A program made the translations under genes and the position numbers. The notes below the pieces were generated by a model, which was given only the letters and a program-made list of their open reading frames with translations, had not been told where the DNA came from and did not search any database. From assembly GCA_034520665.1 (NCBI GenBank), contig JAXHNJ010000001.1, positions 194,579 through 258,578 of the forward strand: a stretch of DNA of 64,000 nt, read 5' to 3'. The stretch is from Patescibacteria group bacterium (GTDB taxonomy: Bacteria; Patescibacteriota; Patescibacteriia; JAXHNJ01). Each line of letters starts with the position of its first letter. The stretch's first letter is position 1. Shown here piece by piece: positions 47,159 through 57,785 of the stretch.

Positions 47159-48814
47159 ATGAAACTGGAGACAAGACCGGCCATTGACGGAATTATGGAT
47201 TCGTTTATTGAGATTCTTCGGCTAGCAGCGCCTAAGGATTTAAAAATTGTGGCTATTACCTTGCGGGTTTTTGACTCTGAATACAATAATTTAGCGCTTT
47301 TTGGCAAAACTGGTTTAAAGCATCCACAAAAAAGAAGAAGGGTAGTGCCTCTGAAAGGAACAGTATCCGGTCATCTTTATCAAGTTGGCGGATGCGAGTG
47401 TGTCAGTGTCGAAGATAAAGACTGGTTTAACCATCATGACCGTCAGTTAGCCAAAGAAGAAGGCTATGGCTATATGTTAGCTATGGAGCTTTCCCATTTA
47501 GGGCGCAGTATTGGCACAGTCCAGGTTTACACGGTTAATAATCCGAGGTCATACCCAGAAGAAAAGATAGGCCAGTTAATGAATTTGGTGAAAGAGATAT
47601 CTTCCAAGTTTGTTATTAGCTATTTTGAAGATGAACTATTGATAAAAATCCAGGAAGAATTAACCGGGACCAATCCACGAGGCAGTTTTTATCACATCTG
47701 CGCTATTATGGCTGAGCTTTTTAACAGTCAGGGTGTGGTCATTTACTACCGTTCGGGAAAAAACGAGGTTAAGCTTATTGCTGGTTATGCCGGAAAAAAC
47801 ATTCCTGAACATGGCATTGGAGAAAGATTTAGAATTAGTACCGATGCTAATGATAATCTAGGGTACCTTAATGAGGTATTGAAAAGTAAGAAGACAATGG
47901 TTTTTCAGGGTACTGATGAAAGACTGAAAACAATAAATGAAATTATGTATTTTCAGCATACCCAGTCAATCTTAGTGGCTCCAATTATTGTAGAATCTTT
48001 TATTCAAGGTTTTATGGTGATCAACCAGAGCCTAAATCGACCGCCTTTTGATGAAAAAGAAATGAAACTGATCGATCGCATCGCTCTGAAAGTATCACAA
48101 TCGTTGAGTATGATCAGGCTGCAAAAAGAAAACGCGGCCTGTCAGGCGGCTAATGTTAGCTCGTCATTACTGGCTGAAATAAGGCATAATCTGCTTAACC
48201 CTTTAATTCCGATTTTCAATCAGACTAAGAGTCTACTTGATTCAGAAAGATTACCGGACGATTTAAGGCAATGCGCCGAGGGTATTTTACAGGAGGCCAA
48301 AAATTTGGATAAACGACTACGAGACTTGGAAGATCTATATTGTAATGACAACCGAGTGGCTATGAGTTGGATTAATTTAGTTTCCTTGCTAGAGAAAAAA
48401 GTAGAATCATGGAGAACCATATGTGAAGAAAGGGGCTTTCAATTATTTTTTGACAAAAGGGTAAAAAATATCCTTCGCAACGCTAATAGTCAATTACTGG
48501 AAATTGCTCTGGAGAATCTTTTTAATAATGCTATTGAAGCCACTTCTCAAAAAGGCAGCCGGATAGAGGTTACCATAAGAAGATCAAAAAGGTATAATCC
48601 GGTAATTACCATGACTAACCCGGGTGAAATTCCGGTTGATAAGATGCCGAAAATTTTTCAGCGTGGCTTTAGCACAAAAGATGAAGGCAGTGGCCAGGGT
48701 CTGACTATTGCTAAAAAATACGTAGCTATGCACGGCGGAGAAATTGCTTGTGAATCTAGCCATGGCAAAACCACTTTCCTAATAGTTCTTTTTGGTCATC
48801 AGCAAAAAAATTAA
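47159..48814 (+). CDS. cytoplasmic sensor histidine kinase with GAF-like domains (orphan; no adjacent response regulator)
   Basis: 551 aa, no TM. H-box ...AEIRHNLLNPL. HATPase_c G-boxes GEIPVDKMPKIFQRGFST and GSGQGLTIAKKYVAMHGGEI. Confidence 0.7.
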   Translation: MKLETRPAIDGIMDSFIEILRLAAPKDLKIVAITLRVFDSEYNNLALFGKTGLKHPQKRRRVVPLKGTVSGHLYQVGGCECVSVEDKDWFNHHDRQLAKEEGYGYMLAMELSHLGRSIGTVQVYTVNNPRSYPEEKIGQLMNLVKEISSKFVISYFEDELLIKIQEELTGTNPRGSFYHICAIMAELFNSQGVVIYYRSGKNEVKLIAGYAGKNIPEHGIGERFRISTDANDNLGYLNEVLKSKKTMVFQGTDERLKTINEIMYFQHTQSILVAPIIVESFIQGFMVINQSLNRPPFDEKEMKLIDRIALKVSQSLSMIRLQKENAACQAANVSSSLLAEIRHNLLNPLIPIFNQTKSLLDSERLPDDLRQCAEGILQEAKNLDKRLRDLEDLYCNDNRVAMSWINLVSLLEKKVESWRTICEERGFQLFFDKRVKNILRNANSQLLEIALENLFNNAIEATSQKGSRIEVTIRRSKRYNPVITMTNPGEIPVDKMPKIFQRGFSTKDEGSGQGLTIAKKYVAMHGGEIACESSHGKTTFLIVLFGHQQKN

Positions 48815-48837
48815 AAGGAGGAATAAGCTCTATTAAT

Positions 48838-48872
48838 GGCCGCCTTGTTATTTTAGACAAGGCGGTTTTTTT
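48838..48872 (+). terminator. intrinsic terminator
   Basis: ggccgccttgt-tattttag-acaaggcgg followed by ttttttt. Confidence 0.8.
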
Positions 48873-49139
48873 ATTTAATAATATTGTAGAAGTCGGTCGC
48901 AACTGACGGCTATACCTTGTGACTGAAATCTAAATAAGGCTGAAATTTGTCTTGACTAGTCCTTCTTTTCCTTCAATTTTGCGCCAAATTAAAAAGAGTA
49001 AATAGATTCTTCTTTATAGTCTAAGTTAGACGAGGAAACTGGCTTGCCAGCCGAAACTCCGAGCAAAGCGAGAGGGCTTGACATAAATAAAATTAAATAT
49101 AATAATATATAGAGCCGTCTAATAATTATAGCGCCGTCT

Positions 49140-50141
49140 ATGACTAAGAGAAAAAAAATACTGCTTATATTCTGCGGAGGCACTACTTTGTTTGGTAATA
49201 AGGTCTCTGTTCAATCGGTGCGTAAAAAAGCCGATGTTTCCGGCTGGATGAAAAATATTGATGAACTAAAGATGATGGCTGATATTGAACCGTTTTTTGT
49301 TTTTGGCGGTGAAGCAGCTGAGGTAGGAGAAAAACAATGGCAAAAAATTGCCCAGACGGTAATAAAAAATTATAAAAAATACGATGGTTTTGTTATTACC
49401 CACGGCCTTGAAACACTGCCCTATACGGCCGCTGCTTTATCTTTTATGCTGCAGAAACTGGGCAAGCCGGTTATTTTAACTGGCTCACCCATTCCTTCGG
49501 GGCAAGAATCTTCAGCTGAAGTTTTGGAATCTATATTCAAAAATTTTCAGGGCTTGGGTATAAAAGCCAATTTAATTAATGCCTGCCAGGTGGCTATCTC
49601 TGATCTAGCTGGTGTTTTAGTCGTTTTTGGCAGCCGTATCTTATCAGGCACTGCTGTGGAAGGCCTTTCTTCTTATACTAGAAAAGAAGAAAAAGAAAAT
49701 AAAGAAATTATGGGAAAAATTGACTTAGGTTTAACTATTTATAAAGAAGTTAAAAAAAGATCTTCACAAAAACCTTTGCTTAAACCAGAAATTGACCCAA
49801 AAGTTTCAGTATTTGATTTTCATCCCGGTATTGAGTCAGGGCTCTTAAAGGAAAATATTAAAAAAGAGGTCCACGGCCTTATAATTAAAACTCATTCAAC
49901 TAATTTTTTTCCGGATTCTATTTTTAAATATTTAAAAAAAGCCAAGCAAAAAAAGATGCCGGTAGTTATTTATTCTACTAGCGGCTTTAAGCCAGTTAAA
50001 AAATCCGCTTTTATTTTTGTCGATAATATGAATCTGATTACCACCGTGGTTAAGCTGATGTGGGCTCTGGGACAAACGACAAGTATGGGCCAGATAAAAA
50101 AAATTATGGCCAAAAACTATAACGGTGAGATAAATAAGTAA
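49140..50141 (+). CDS. asparaginase/glutaminase-family protein (variant motifs)
   Basis: KILLIFCGGTT (asparaginase N-terminal GGT motif) and VITHGLETL (cf. HGTDT). Substituted catalytic positions suggest divergent or inactive activity. Confidence 0.5.
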   Translation: MTKRKKILLIFCGGTTLFGNKVSVQSVRKKADVSGWMKNIDELKMMADIEPFFVFGGEAAEVGEKQWQKIAQTVIKNYKKYDGFVITHGLETLPYTAAALSFMLQKLGKPVILTGSPIPSGQESSAEVLESIFKNFQGLGIKANLINACQVAISDLAGVLVVFGSRILSGTAVEGLSSYTRKEEKENKEIMGKIDLGLTIYKEVKKRSSQKPLLKPEIDPKVSVFDFHPGIESGLLKENIKKEVHGLIIKTHSTNFFPDSIFKYLKKAKQKKMPVVIYSTSGFKPVKKSAFIFVDNMNLITTVVKLMWALGQTTSMGQIKKIMAKNYNGEINK

Positions 50142-50149
50142 TCAATGAT

Positions 50150-50743
50150 ATGAAAGTATATTTTTTCAGCCCCAAAACCAGTCAAAATAAATTATCCAAG
50201 AACCAGGACATAATTATTAAAACTTTGCGCCGAGCTGGGGTTGATTTATACACAAATCTAAAAGAGAGAAGCCTGCCTTCAGATCTGGCCGCAGTACAAA
50301 AATTGGGCGGCATGGTTTTAGATGAAATGCAAGCCTTAATTATCGGCGGCAGCCAGAAATCTCCGGATATTGGCTATTTATTGGCTATGTCCATATCTCA
50401 GAAAAAACCGGCTCTTTATCTTTATGAAAAAGGCTCAGGTTCGCAGGATGTTTTAAAATACTTATCCAAAAAAAATATTCCTAAAACATTGCAGATAAAA
50501 AATTACCAAAAAAAGAATTTGGAAAAAATAATTGTTGATTTCCTTAATTCCCTGAAAGGCAAGAAAGTCAAAGAAATGCCCCGTATTAAGTTTACTCTGC
50601 GTATTACTCCTTCAATTGAAAAATATCTGCATTACAAAACCCATAACACCAAAAAATCAAAAGCCGACTTTCTCCGCGAATATGTAGAAAAAATGATGGA
50701 GATAGATGACGATTTTCAGGATTTTTTGAGAAAAGGGGAGTAG
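50150..50743 (+). CDS. hypothetical protein; its last 15 codons are part of a duplicated 180-bp segment
   Basis: 197 aa. C-terminus ...EIDDDFQDFLRKGE* recurs as a remnant at 57672-57719 and 60303-60341. Confidence 0.45.
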   Translation: MKVYFFSPKTSQNKLSKNQDIIIKTLRRAGVDLYTNLKERSLPSDLAAVQKLGGMVLDEMQALIIGGSQKSPDIGYLLAMSISQKKPALYLYEKGSGSQDVLKYLSKKNIPKTLQIKNYQKKNLEKIIVDFLNSLKGKKVKEMPRIKFTLRITPSIEKYLHYKTHNTKKSKADFLREYVEKMMEIDDDFQDFLRKGE

Positions 50744-50890
50744 GGGAAGAGATTTTTTTATTGGTAAAAAAAATGGTAAACTATAAACAGTATCGGATTA
50801 ATATAATGGTTTAATAAAACTTCGTATAATAAACAAATTTGAGGTGATTATACGAAATCAATTCGTATAATAACGAGTTGTGCGAAATTG
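50708..50890 (+). repeat. ~180-bp segmental repeat, copy 1 (copy 2 at 60303..60485, ~93% identical; 45-bp partial at 57678..57722); contains the 59-bp palindromic element
   Basis: gacgattttcaggattttttgagaaaaggggagtagg...ttattggtaaaaaaaatggtaaactataaacag...ttcgtataataaacaaatttgaggtgattatacgaaatcaattcgtataataacgagttg is shared by both copies. Confidence 0.75.
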
Positions 50891-50911
50891 TTCTAATTTT
50901 TTCTCAAATAT

Positions 50912-51595
50912 ATGAATAATGTTTTTTTAGTTTTCGGGTACGGAGTTCCCAAGAACATTCTAAAAGACGAAAATTATAATTTTTATTTAAAAATGGTCTT
51001 TAATAAGACTTATAGTTTTGTGATAAAAAATAAGATTGATAAGCCGATAATCATTACTTGTGGTGGTGAAACAGATATGTTAAGGCCGTACAAACGCACT
51101 GAAGCCGATGAAATGATAAAATTCTTTAGTGTATTTATCAAAGAACGACCATTTTTAAAATCAATGACCAAAAATTGGCTTTTTATTCCAGAAAATAAAT
51201 CTCTTTCGACTTTGGAAAATTTATTAAACAGCAATAAGATAATCCAAAAAAGAAAAGTTAAAAAAGCCAATTTTTTCATCTTCTGCGAACAAACACGCGA
51301 GAATCGTATCAAGGTTCTGGCTAAAAAAATACTTGATAAAAATTATAATTTTCTAGTGGTACCTATAGATTTTGATGTGTCAGTAAACAGATACCTGTCA
51401 ATAGGGTATTTAGCAAAAAAAGAAAGTGCGGAGTTGAAACATTCGTTGTGGGCATTACAAAGTCCCGAAAACCTAAAAAAACATCATAAAGTTTTTGAGG
51501 AGAAATTTGAGTACTTCCGAAAAGTAGGACATAAGGCAAATGTTAACGCGGTGAAAGAGTGGTGGGATCAAAAACTTAAGGAATTAAAAAATTAG
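50912..51595 (+). CDS. DUF218 (YdcF/ElyC/SanA-like) domain protein
   Basis: IIITCGGETD...TEADEM...ENKSLSTLENL matches the DUF218 pattern (GG...SEA..M...E..S.nT.eN). Confidence 0.45.
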   Translation: MNNVFLVFGYGVPKNILKDENYNFYLKMVFNKTYSFVIKNKIDKPIIITCGGETDMLRPYKRTEADEMIKFFSVFIKERPFLKSMTKNWLFIPENKSLSTLENLLNSNKIIQKRKVKKANFFIFCEQTRENRIKVLAKKILDKNYNFLVVPIDFDVSVNRYLSIGYLAKKESAELKHSLWALQSPENLKKHHKVFEEKFEYFRKVGHKANVNAVKEWWDQKLKELKN

Positions 51596-51604
51596 AACAA
51601 CATC

Positions 51605-51803
51605 GCACAACACCAAATATCTGGCTTGAAAATTTTTCAGTTATTAGAAAAAACAAGGAGTGAAAAATTTCCGCGCCCAAATTTCGCACTTTTCCGTTTA
51701 GTGGTAATTTAGAGTATAATTAATTTAACAATATAATCAGAATATCAAAGTTTTTAGCACATAAACCAAAGCGCGAAACTTCAGATATTCGGATACGTTA
51801 TCT
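51605..51803 (+). repeat. attC-like site (long)
   Basis: GCACAAC-acc-AAATATCTGG ... CAGATATTCGG-atac-GTTATCT. Confidence 0.4.
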
Positions 51804-51877
51804 GTAATTAATTTGGAATTTGCTATTCGCTTCACAAAAGGGCAAAATTATTAAATCTGTTAAAATCCTTTATTATT

Positions 51878-52519
51878 ATGGACAAAGAATTAAAAAATCA
51901 GTTAATCAAAATCGCCAAAGAAAAAATTCCGGATATAGATGTTTCTCATGATTTTGAACATGCTTTGAGAGTTTTATCTAATGCTGAAAGAATAGCTAAA
52001 GAAGAAAGCGGCGATTTTGATATTATTGTTCCCGCCGCCTTATTTCATGATTTGATTGTTTATCCAAAAAATCATCCAGATAAACATAAGTCGCAAGAAG
52101 AAAGTGCTGAGGCGGCGGAAAAAATATTGAATACTTTTGGCAATTTTCCCAAAGACAAAATAGAAAAAGTAAAAATCTGCATCTTGGAATGTTCTTTCAG
52201 TAAAGGCATTGTTCCTGATTTGTTAGAATCAAAAATTTTGCAAGATGCCGATGGTTTAGAAGCAACCGGCGCAATCTCAATAATGAGAACTTATTCATCA
52301 ACAGGGCAAATGAAAAGACCTTTTTATAATTCTGATGATCCGTTTTGTGAAAATCGTGAACCTAACGCTTCAGAATTTGCCCTTGATTTATTTTATGAGA
52401 GATTGCTCAAAGTTGCTGAAAAAATGCACACAAAAACAGCAAAGAAAATTGCCAAAAGAAGAACTGATTTTTTAATGGATTTTCTAAAAGAATTTAAGTT
52501 AGAATTAGAGGGAAAATAA
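51878..52519 (+). CDS. HD-domain phosphohydrolase
   Basis: H...HD motif: FEHALRV...AALFHDL. Confidence 0.6.
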   Translation: MDKELKNQLIKIAKEKIPDIDVSHDFEHALRVLSNAERIAKEESGDFDIIVPAALFHDLIVYPKNHPDKHKSQEESAEAAEKILNTFGNFPKDKIEKVKICILECSFSKGIVPDLLESKILQDADGLEATGAISIMRTYSSTGQMKRPFYNSDDPFCENREPNASEFALDLFYERLLKVAEKMHTKTAKKIAKRRTDFLMDFLKEFKLELEGK

Positions 52520-52623
52520 TTTTTGCCCAACTGGATATTACGCAAATTCCAAATTAACTCTGCGGTGCTCACTTCGTTCCGCTCCTCGCCGCGCTGCGCT
52601 CTCCTCCTTTCAGTCGTCGGGAC

Positions 52624-52742
52624 AGATAACAAGGGATATACGGTTCCCTCCAGAGGCGGGCAGGCAGCCCTCGGCTCGGGCTTCATCCAAATTTTTCTTC
52701 CACTTCGTTACAGAAAAACTTCGTATATCCCTGACGTTATAC
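52624..52742 (+). repeat. attC-like site
   Basis: AGATAAC-aa-GGGATATACG ... CGTATATCCC-tgac-GTTATAC (perfect 10-bp L''/L'). Contains the ccagaggcgggcaggcagccct GC-rich block. Confidence 0.55.
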
Positions 52743-52803
52743 GCCATTGGGCTACGACTGTAAAAAACGCAATCTATTTAATATCTAAACAAATTATATA
52801 ATT

Positions 52804-53397
52804 ATGACTTTTTTAAACACACAAAAAATCTCGGAAGAATATAAAAAATCAAATTGTTTGTGGGGTTTGGAACCAAACAAGTACGTGACTCAAATCCATA
52901 AAATCATAAAATCTGGAAAAGTTTTAGATGTTGGTGTTGGTGAGGGCAGAAATGCGTTATTTCTCGCCAAACAGGGATTTGAGATAAGTGGAATTGATGT
53001 TTCGAAAGAAGCCATATGTAAATTTCTAAAATTTGCCAAAACCGAAAATTTGAATGTAAGTGGCATAGTGTCTGATATTGTTAATTTCGATTTCAAACAA
53101 AATTATGAGGTTATTATTTCTATTGCCACTTTGCATCTTATTTCAAAGAACAAGGTTGTAGATATAATCAAAAAAATAAAAGAACATACAAAACCTAATG
53201 GAATAAATCTGCTCACTGTATTTACTAAAAAAGATATTGGATTTAAAGAATATCCAAATCTTTATTTTTTTGATGAGGATGAATTGAAAGAATTATATAA
53301 AGATTGGCAAATTTTAGAATATAAAAATTATGTAAAGGAGGAAACCCATAGCAAACCCCACAAACATCATATTTGTGTTTTGATTGCTAAAAAGTAG
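52804..53397 (+). CDS. SAM-dependent methyltransferase (TehB-like)
   Basis: VLDVGVGEGRNALFLAKQGFEISGIDVS: motif I and post-I of small-molecule MTases. Confidence 0.6.
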   Translation: MTFLNTQKISEEYKKSNCLWGLEPNKYVTQIHKIIKSGKVLDVGVGEGRNALFLAKQGFEISGIDVSKEAICKFLKFAKTENLNVSGIVSDIVNFDFKQNYEVIISIATLHLISKNKVVDIIKKIKEHTKPNGINLLTVFTKKDIGFKEYPNLYFFDEDELKELYKDWQILEYKNYVKEETHSKPHKHHICVLIAKK

Positions 53398-53461
53398 CCG
53401 CCCTCCGCCCAACGCTAAAAGGGACGCTGCGCTTTCGCTTCACTGTGTTACGCTCACCCTC

Positions 53462-53560
53462 GCACAACACAGCGTATGCGGTTCGGGGCTCGGCTCGCCC
53501 CTCTCCCATATTTTTGCTTCCGTTGGTCGCAAAAACATCACATATACTGAAACGTTAGGC
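53462..53560 (+). repeat. attC-like site
   Basis: GCACAAC-ACAGCGTATGCGG ... aaac-GTTAGGC. Confidence 0.45.
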
Positions 53561-53606
53561 GTAATAATAAAAAGTTTCTCAATAACATTATTAACACTCT
53601 AAAACT

Positions 53607-53894
53607 ATGGAAAAAAAAGTAAAAATTAAAAAAATGAGGTATCTGTGGTGTCCTAATTGTAATCACTATATGAGACTTAAAATGAAAGAAAGAAACATCT
53701 TCGCATTACTTTTTGGAGGTTTACTTGGTAGTATATGGTCAGTCACGCATGTGCCAGAATCAGAGAAAATTTGTGGTAAATGTGGAAATAAAGAAAATCT
53801 AAAATTTGTGTATTTACGTACAGAAGTCGGTTTTAAAAGTGAGGAATTTGCCTATTATCTACCATCAGGCGAAAAAATAGTTTTTAATAAATAG
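53607..53894 (+). CDS. cassette ORF: small zinc-ribbon protein with one TM
   Basis: 95 aa. CPNC...CGKC pairs and a central hydrophobic segment. Confidence 0.4.
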   Translation: MEKKVKIKKMRYLWCPNCNHYMRLKMKERNIFALLFGGLLGSIWSVTHVPESEKICGKCGNKENLKFVYLRTEVGFKSEEFAYYLPSGEKIVFNK

Positions 53895-53915
53895 TTGGGG
53901 AATTTTTATTACATC

Positions 53916-54013
53916 GCCTAACTCGGCATATCTGGTTACCCTAGCCGTTCGCGAACAGCTGGATCCACCCATATCTCCCTTCGGGAGACATCAAATATAC
54001 GCAAACCTTATAG
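53916..54013 (+). repeat. attC-like site
   Basis: GCCTAAC-tcggc-ATATCTGG ... CAAATAT-acgcaaac-CTTATAG. Confidence 0.5.
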
Positions 54014-54085
54014 GAAATAGAATTTTTACTAAAAAAATTGGGAACTAACTACAAGATTTATTAAAATTACCTTTTTTATAATTTT

Positions 54086-55072
54086 ATGATCAACATTAAT
54101 GATAGAGTATATGGTAGAAATATAATTCAAGAGTCAGTTTTAATTGAACTTATTAATACCAGCCCCATTCAAAGATTAAAGGGGATAAATCAAGCAGGTG
54201 CTTCCCAATATGCAATAGAAGGCAAAACGGTAACGAGATATGAACATTCTTTGGGTGTAATGATATTATTAAAAAAATTAGGTGCATCGATTGAAGAACA
54301 AATCGCAGGATTACTTCACGATATTTCTCATACTGCTTTTTCGCATGTAATTGATTTTGTATTTAGAGATACCAATTATAATCATGAGTTTCATGAAAAA
54401 TTTCATGAACAAATAATACTTCAATCAGAAATACCCACTATTTTAAAAAAATTTAATTTCGACATAGATAGAATTTTAGATGAACATAATTTCTCCTTAT
54501 TAGAAAAATTCTTACCTGATCTCTGTGCAGATAGGATAGATTATACATTAAGAGGTATGGTGGCGAGTGAAGGTTTTAGTGATAAAATAAATAATTATAT
54601 TTCATGTTTCATGGTTCAAAACAATGAAATTATTATTCATGGAGAGCTAATCGCAAAAAGTTTTTCAGAGGATTATCTTAGAATGGATGAAGAAAAATGT
54701 TCTCATCCTCTTGAAGTTGCATTATTTCAAATTTTAGCTGATGCAATAAAAATTGCTTTGGATAAAAAAATACTTAATGAAAAAGGCTTATTTGAAGATG
54801 ATTTATCTGTGTATACAAAACTAAAAGAATCAGGCAACCAATTGATTTTAAATAAATTAGAAATGCTCAATCCCAAATTAAAGATTATTGATGACCCTAA
54901 TGACTTTCATTTTCATTCTAGAAATAAATTAAGATATATTAATCCTAAATTTCTTGATTCAAACGGCTCAATTCATCGTGTGGCAGAGAGGTTTAAAGAT
55001 TTTTCAGATAAACTTGTAAAACACGAAGAAAAGATTAAAAAAGGTATTTTTGTTAGGATTATTTCTTATTAA
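54086..55072 (+). CDS. HD-domain protein (HD-superfamily phosphohydrolase)
   Basis: YEHSLGV...LLHDISHTAFSH. Confidence 0.55.
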   Translation: MININDRVYGRNIIQESVLIELINTSPIQRLKGINQAGASQYAIEGKTVTRYEHSLGVMILLKKLGASIEEQIAGLLHDISHTAFSHVIDFVFRDTNYNHEFHEKFHEQIILQSEIPTILKKFNFDIDRILDEHNFSLLEKFLPDLCADRIDYTLRGMVASEGFSDKINNYISCFMVQNNEIIIHGELIAKSFSEDYLRMDEEKCSHPLEVALFQILADAIKIALDKKILNEKGLFEDDLSVYTKLKESGNQLILNKLEMLNPKLKIIDDPNDFHFHSRNKLRYINPKFLDSNGSIHRVAERFKDFSDKLVKHEEKIKKGIFVRIISY

Positions 55073-55175
55073 CGCTCCCAACCTTTAAAATTGACTCACT
55101 TTATTAGATATAAATAAACGTAAAAATTCTACTCAAGGGGACGCTGCGTTTTCGTTGCTAACGCTCCTCACTCTC

Positions 55176-55260
55176 GTATAACAAGGGATATGCGGTTCCC
55201 TCCAGAGGTGGGCAGGCAGCCCTCGTCTCGGGCTTCACCCAAATTTTTCTGATATAATTC
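55176..55260 (+). repeat. attC-like site, 3'-truncated or degenerate
   Basis: GTATAAC-aa-GGGATATGCG...ccagaggtgggcaggcagccctcgtctcgggcttcaccc is homologous to 52628-52690. No matching L' or R' downstream. Confidence 0.35.
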
Positions 55261-55313
55261 AAATGCCAACGAAACCATAACTTTATATTTAACCAAATTT
55301 TTAACTTATTAAT

Positions 55314-57587
55314 ATGTGCGGAATAGGAGCAATTTATGGAAAGAACATAAAAGAAAAAGAGTTTTCCATAAAGCGAAGTCTACAATTAATAGAACATCGA
55401 GGATATAGTTTATATGAAACTAAGATTTTAGATAATTGTGTTCTCGGCTGTAACAGATTAGAAATTGTGGATAGACCAAAAGCCATACAACCTCAGACAA
55501 ATGAAGATGAATCTGTTTTTGTTGTATTCAATGGAGAGATTTTCAATTATAAAGAATTAATGAAAGAACTTTCTGATAAAGGGCACAAATTCAAAACAAA
55601 TTCAGACACAGAAGTTTTAGTTCATCTTTGGGAAGAATATGGCGAGGAAATGGTTAAAAAATTAGATTCTGAAATGTTTGCCTTTTTTATTTATGATAAA
55701 AACAAAAATTCTTTTTTTGTAGCAAGAGACCCTTACGGAATAAAACCCTTGTATTATGCTCTTGATAATTTAGGAAATTATCATTTTGCCTCTGAAATTA
55801 AGCAACTATCTCAATTTAAAGAAATTGATGAGATTTCTTTTTTTCCACAAGGAAATTTTATGTTAAACGGCAAATTAAAACAATATCATAAAATTCCAAA
55901 GGTAACTGAAAAACTGAAAGCTCCTTTACAAGAAATAATTGAAAATGTAAGAATCTTATTTGATGAAGCAGTCAAAAAAAGAGTTGATACAGATTTGCCT
56001 GTTGGAGTCTTTTTTAGCGGAGGAATAGATAGTTCAGCTGTATTAGCGACAGCAGTAAAATATCATAAAGATGTTACTGCAATAATTGTTGGTCATCCTC
56101 ACGCCCCAGATGTTTTAATTGCAAAAAAATACTGCGAAGAAAACAAGATAAAATATATTTATTTTAATCCTCCAACGGAAAAAGAACTTTTTAAAATCAT
56201 TCCCGAAATTGTTTACATAACTGAAAGTTTTGAGCCTAATATGATTAGGCAGTCGGCAGTTTCTTACTATATTTCTAAAATCGCAAAAGAAAATGCATTC
56301 AAGGTTATTTTATGCGGAGAAGGTCCAGATGAAATTTTTGCCGGTTATCCTGAATTTAGAAACTGCAAAACTGAAAAAGAAATCTCAAATAAAATAAACG
56401 ACTTTATTCTAAATCTTCCAAGAACACAATTTCAGAGAGTAGATAGAACCTCAATGAATTTTACTCTTGAAGTTAGAGTCCCATTTTTTGATACAAAATT
56501 TGCAGATTATTCAATTAAAATTCCGAGTAAATACAAAATAAAATCTAAGAGAAAAGAAAAAATTACAAAATGGATTTTAAGGGAAGCAATGAAAGACAGA
56601 TTACCTGATTACATTGTAAATAGACCCAAAGTCGTTTTAAGCGAGGGAGCTGGATTTAAAGGAAATCAGTTAATCGGAGGGTTATTCTACGATATTGTTA
56701 AAAATAATATTACTGAAGAAGAATTTAAGAGGATAAAAAAAGATTATACCGATTGGAACATCACTAATAAAGAAGTTGCTCATTATTTCAAAATTTATGC
56801 AAAACATTTATTCACGAAGGCAATATTCAATAAAAAAAGACCCTTAGTAAACGCAATAGATTCTATAAAAAATGAAAAATCAGAATTTTTAACTGAAAAA
56901 ATTCTGGACACAATTCATTCAAAGGGATTTTTCAAAGATTCCCCTTACAAAGAAGATGAACTAAAAAAAGTTATTCTTGACTCTGTAAGAAACAGCAAAG
57001 AAATTAAGATAGTTGGGTATTGGGGAATTGAAAAAGAAAAACTAGATAAATCCGAAGAAACAGCTTTCAATTTTCTAAAGGATTTAGAAAAAAAAATTAA
57101 GAAATCTTACAAAAAAGTAAAAATAACCTTAATTTTGACTGATATCCATGGAGAATTAAATTCAATTGACAGCAAAATAATAAACAGCTATTTTTCAAAG
57201 GTTATTTCTCTATCCAAAAAATACAAATTTCAAACTATATTTCTAAGTGACCTCTGGAAAAGAAACAATTTGGATTTAACAAAAGTAAAAAGTGAATTAG
57301 AAAAAAAGCCAAAAATCTGGTGGCAAAAATTTTCAACAAAAAATCAATTATTAGAGTCTTCTAAAAAACACCATAAAGGAAAAGATATTGAAATCGGGGC
57401 AAAAATGTATGCTCTTGCTTCAAAGTATGATTCTGAGTTTGTAGAAAAAGAATTTAATGATTCTATATTTTTCACTTATAATTCTAAATCTTGGCAAAAT
57501 ACCTTGCCTGACATGCCTACAATTTATTTATATGGATTAGGAAAAAATAAGAGTATAAAACCTTGGCATTTGAAATATTCTTTTTAG
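55314..57587 (+). CDS. asparagine-synthetase-B-like amidotransferase with ~250-aa C-terminal extension
   Basis: N-terminal MCGIGAIYG (Ntn Cys of class-II GATase). FFSGGIDSSAVLA PP-loop. An extra C-terminal domain of unknown function. Confidence 0.65.
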   Translation: MCGIGAIYGKNIKEKEFSIKRSLQLIEHRGYSLYETKILDNCVLGCNRLEIVDRPKAIQPQTNEDESVFVVFNGEIFNYKELMKELSDKGHKFKTNSDTEVLVHLWEEYGEEMVKKLDSEMFAFFIYDKNKNSFFVARDPYGIKPLYYALDNLGNYHFASEIKQLSQFKEIDEISFFPQGNFMLNGKLKQYHKIPKVTEKLKAPLQEIIENVRILFDEAVKKRVDTDLPVGVFFSGGIDSSAVLATAVKYHKDVTAIIVGHPHAPDVLIAKKYCEENKIKYIYFNPPTEKELFKIIPEIVYITESFEPNMIRQSAVSYYISKIAKENAFKVILCGEGPDEIFAGYPEFRNCKTEKEISNKINDFILNLPRTQFQRVDRTSMNFTLEVRVPFFDTKFADYSIKIPSKYKIKSKRKEKITKWILREAMKDRLPDYIVNRPKVVLSEGAGFKGNQLIGGLFYDIVKNNITEEEFKRIKKDYTDWNITNKEVAHYFKIYAKHLFTKAIFNKKRPLVNAIDSIKNEKSEFLTEKILDTIHSKGFFKDSPYKEDELKKVILDSVRNSKEIKIVGYWGIEKEKLDKSEETAFNFLKDLEKKIKKSYKKVKITLILTDIHGELNSIDSKIINSYFSKVISLSKKYKFQTIFLSDLWKRNNLDLTKVKSELEKKPKIWWQKFSTKNQLLESSKKHHKGKDIEIGAKMYALASKYDSEFVEKEFNDSIFFTYNSKSWQNTLPDMPTIYLYGLGKNKSIKPWHLKYSF

Positions 57588-57785
57588 AAAAAAACAAAAA
57601 AAGTGCACGTCTTTCTAATATCTAGCTCTCCATATAAAAAAATAGCTAACAAGATATTAAAAGAATTAAAAGATGATGGAAATGGATGACGATTTTCAGG
57701 ATTTTTTGAGAAAAGGGGAGTGAGGTAATTTATTTTTTTATATCTTGACAGGTTATTTCAGTTATGATACAATTATGTCATATAT

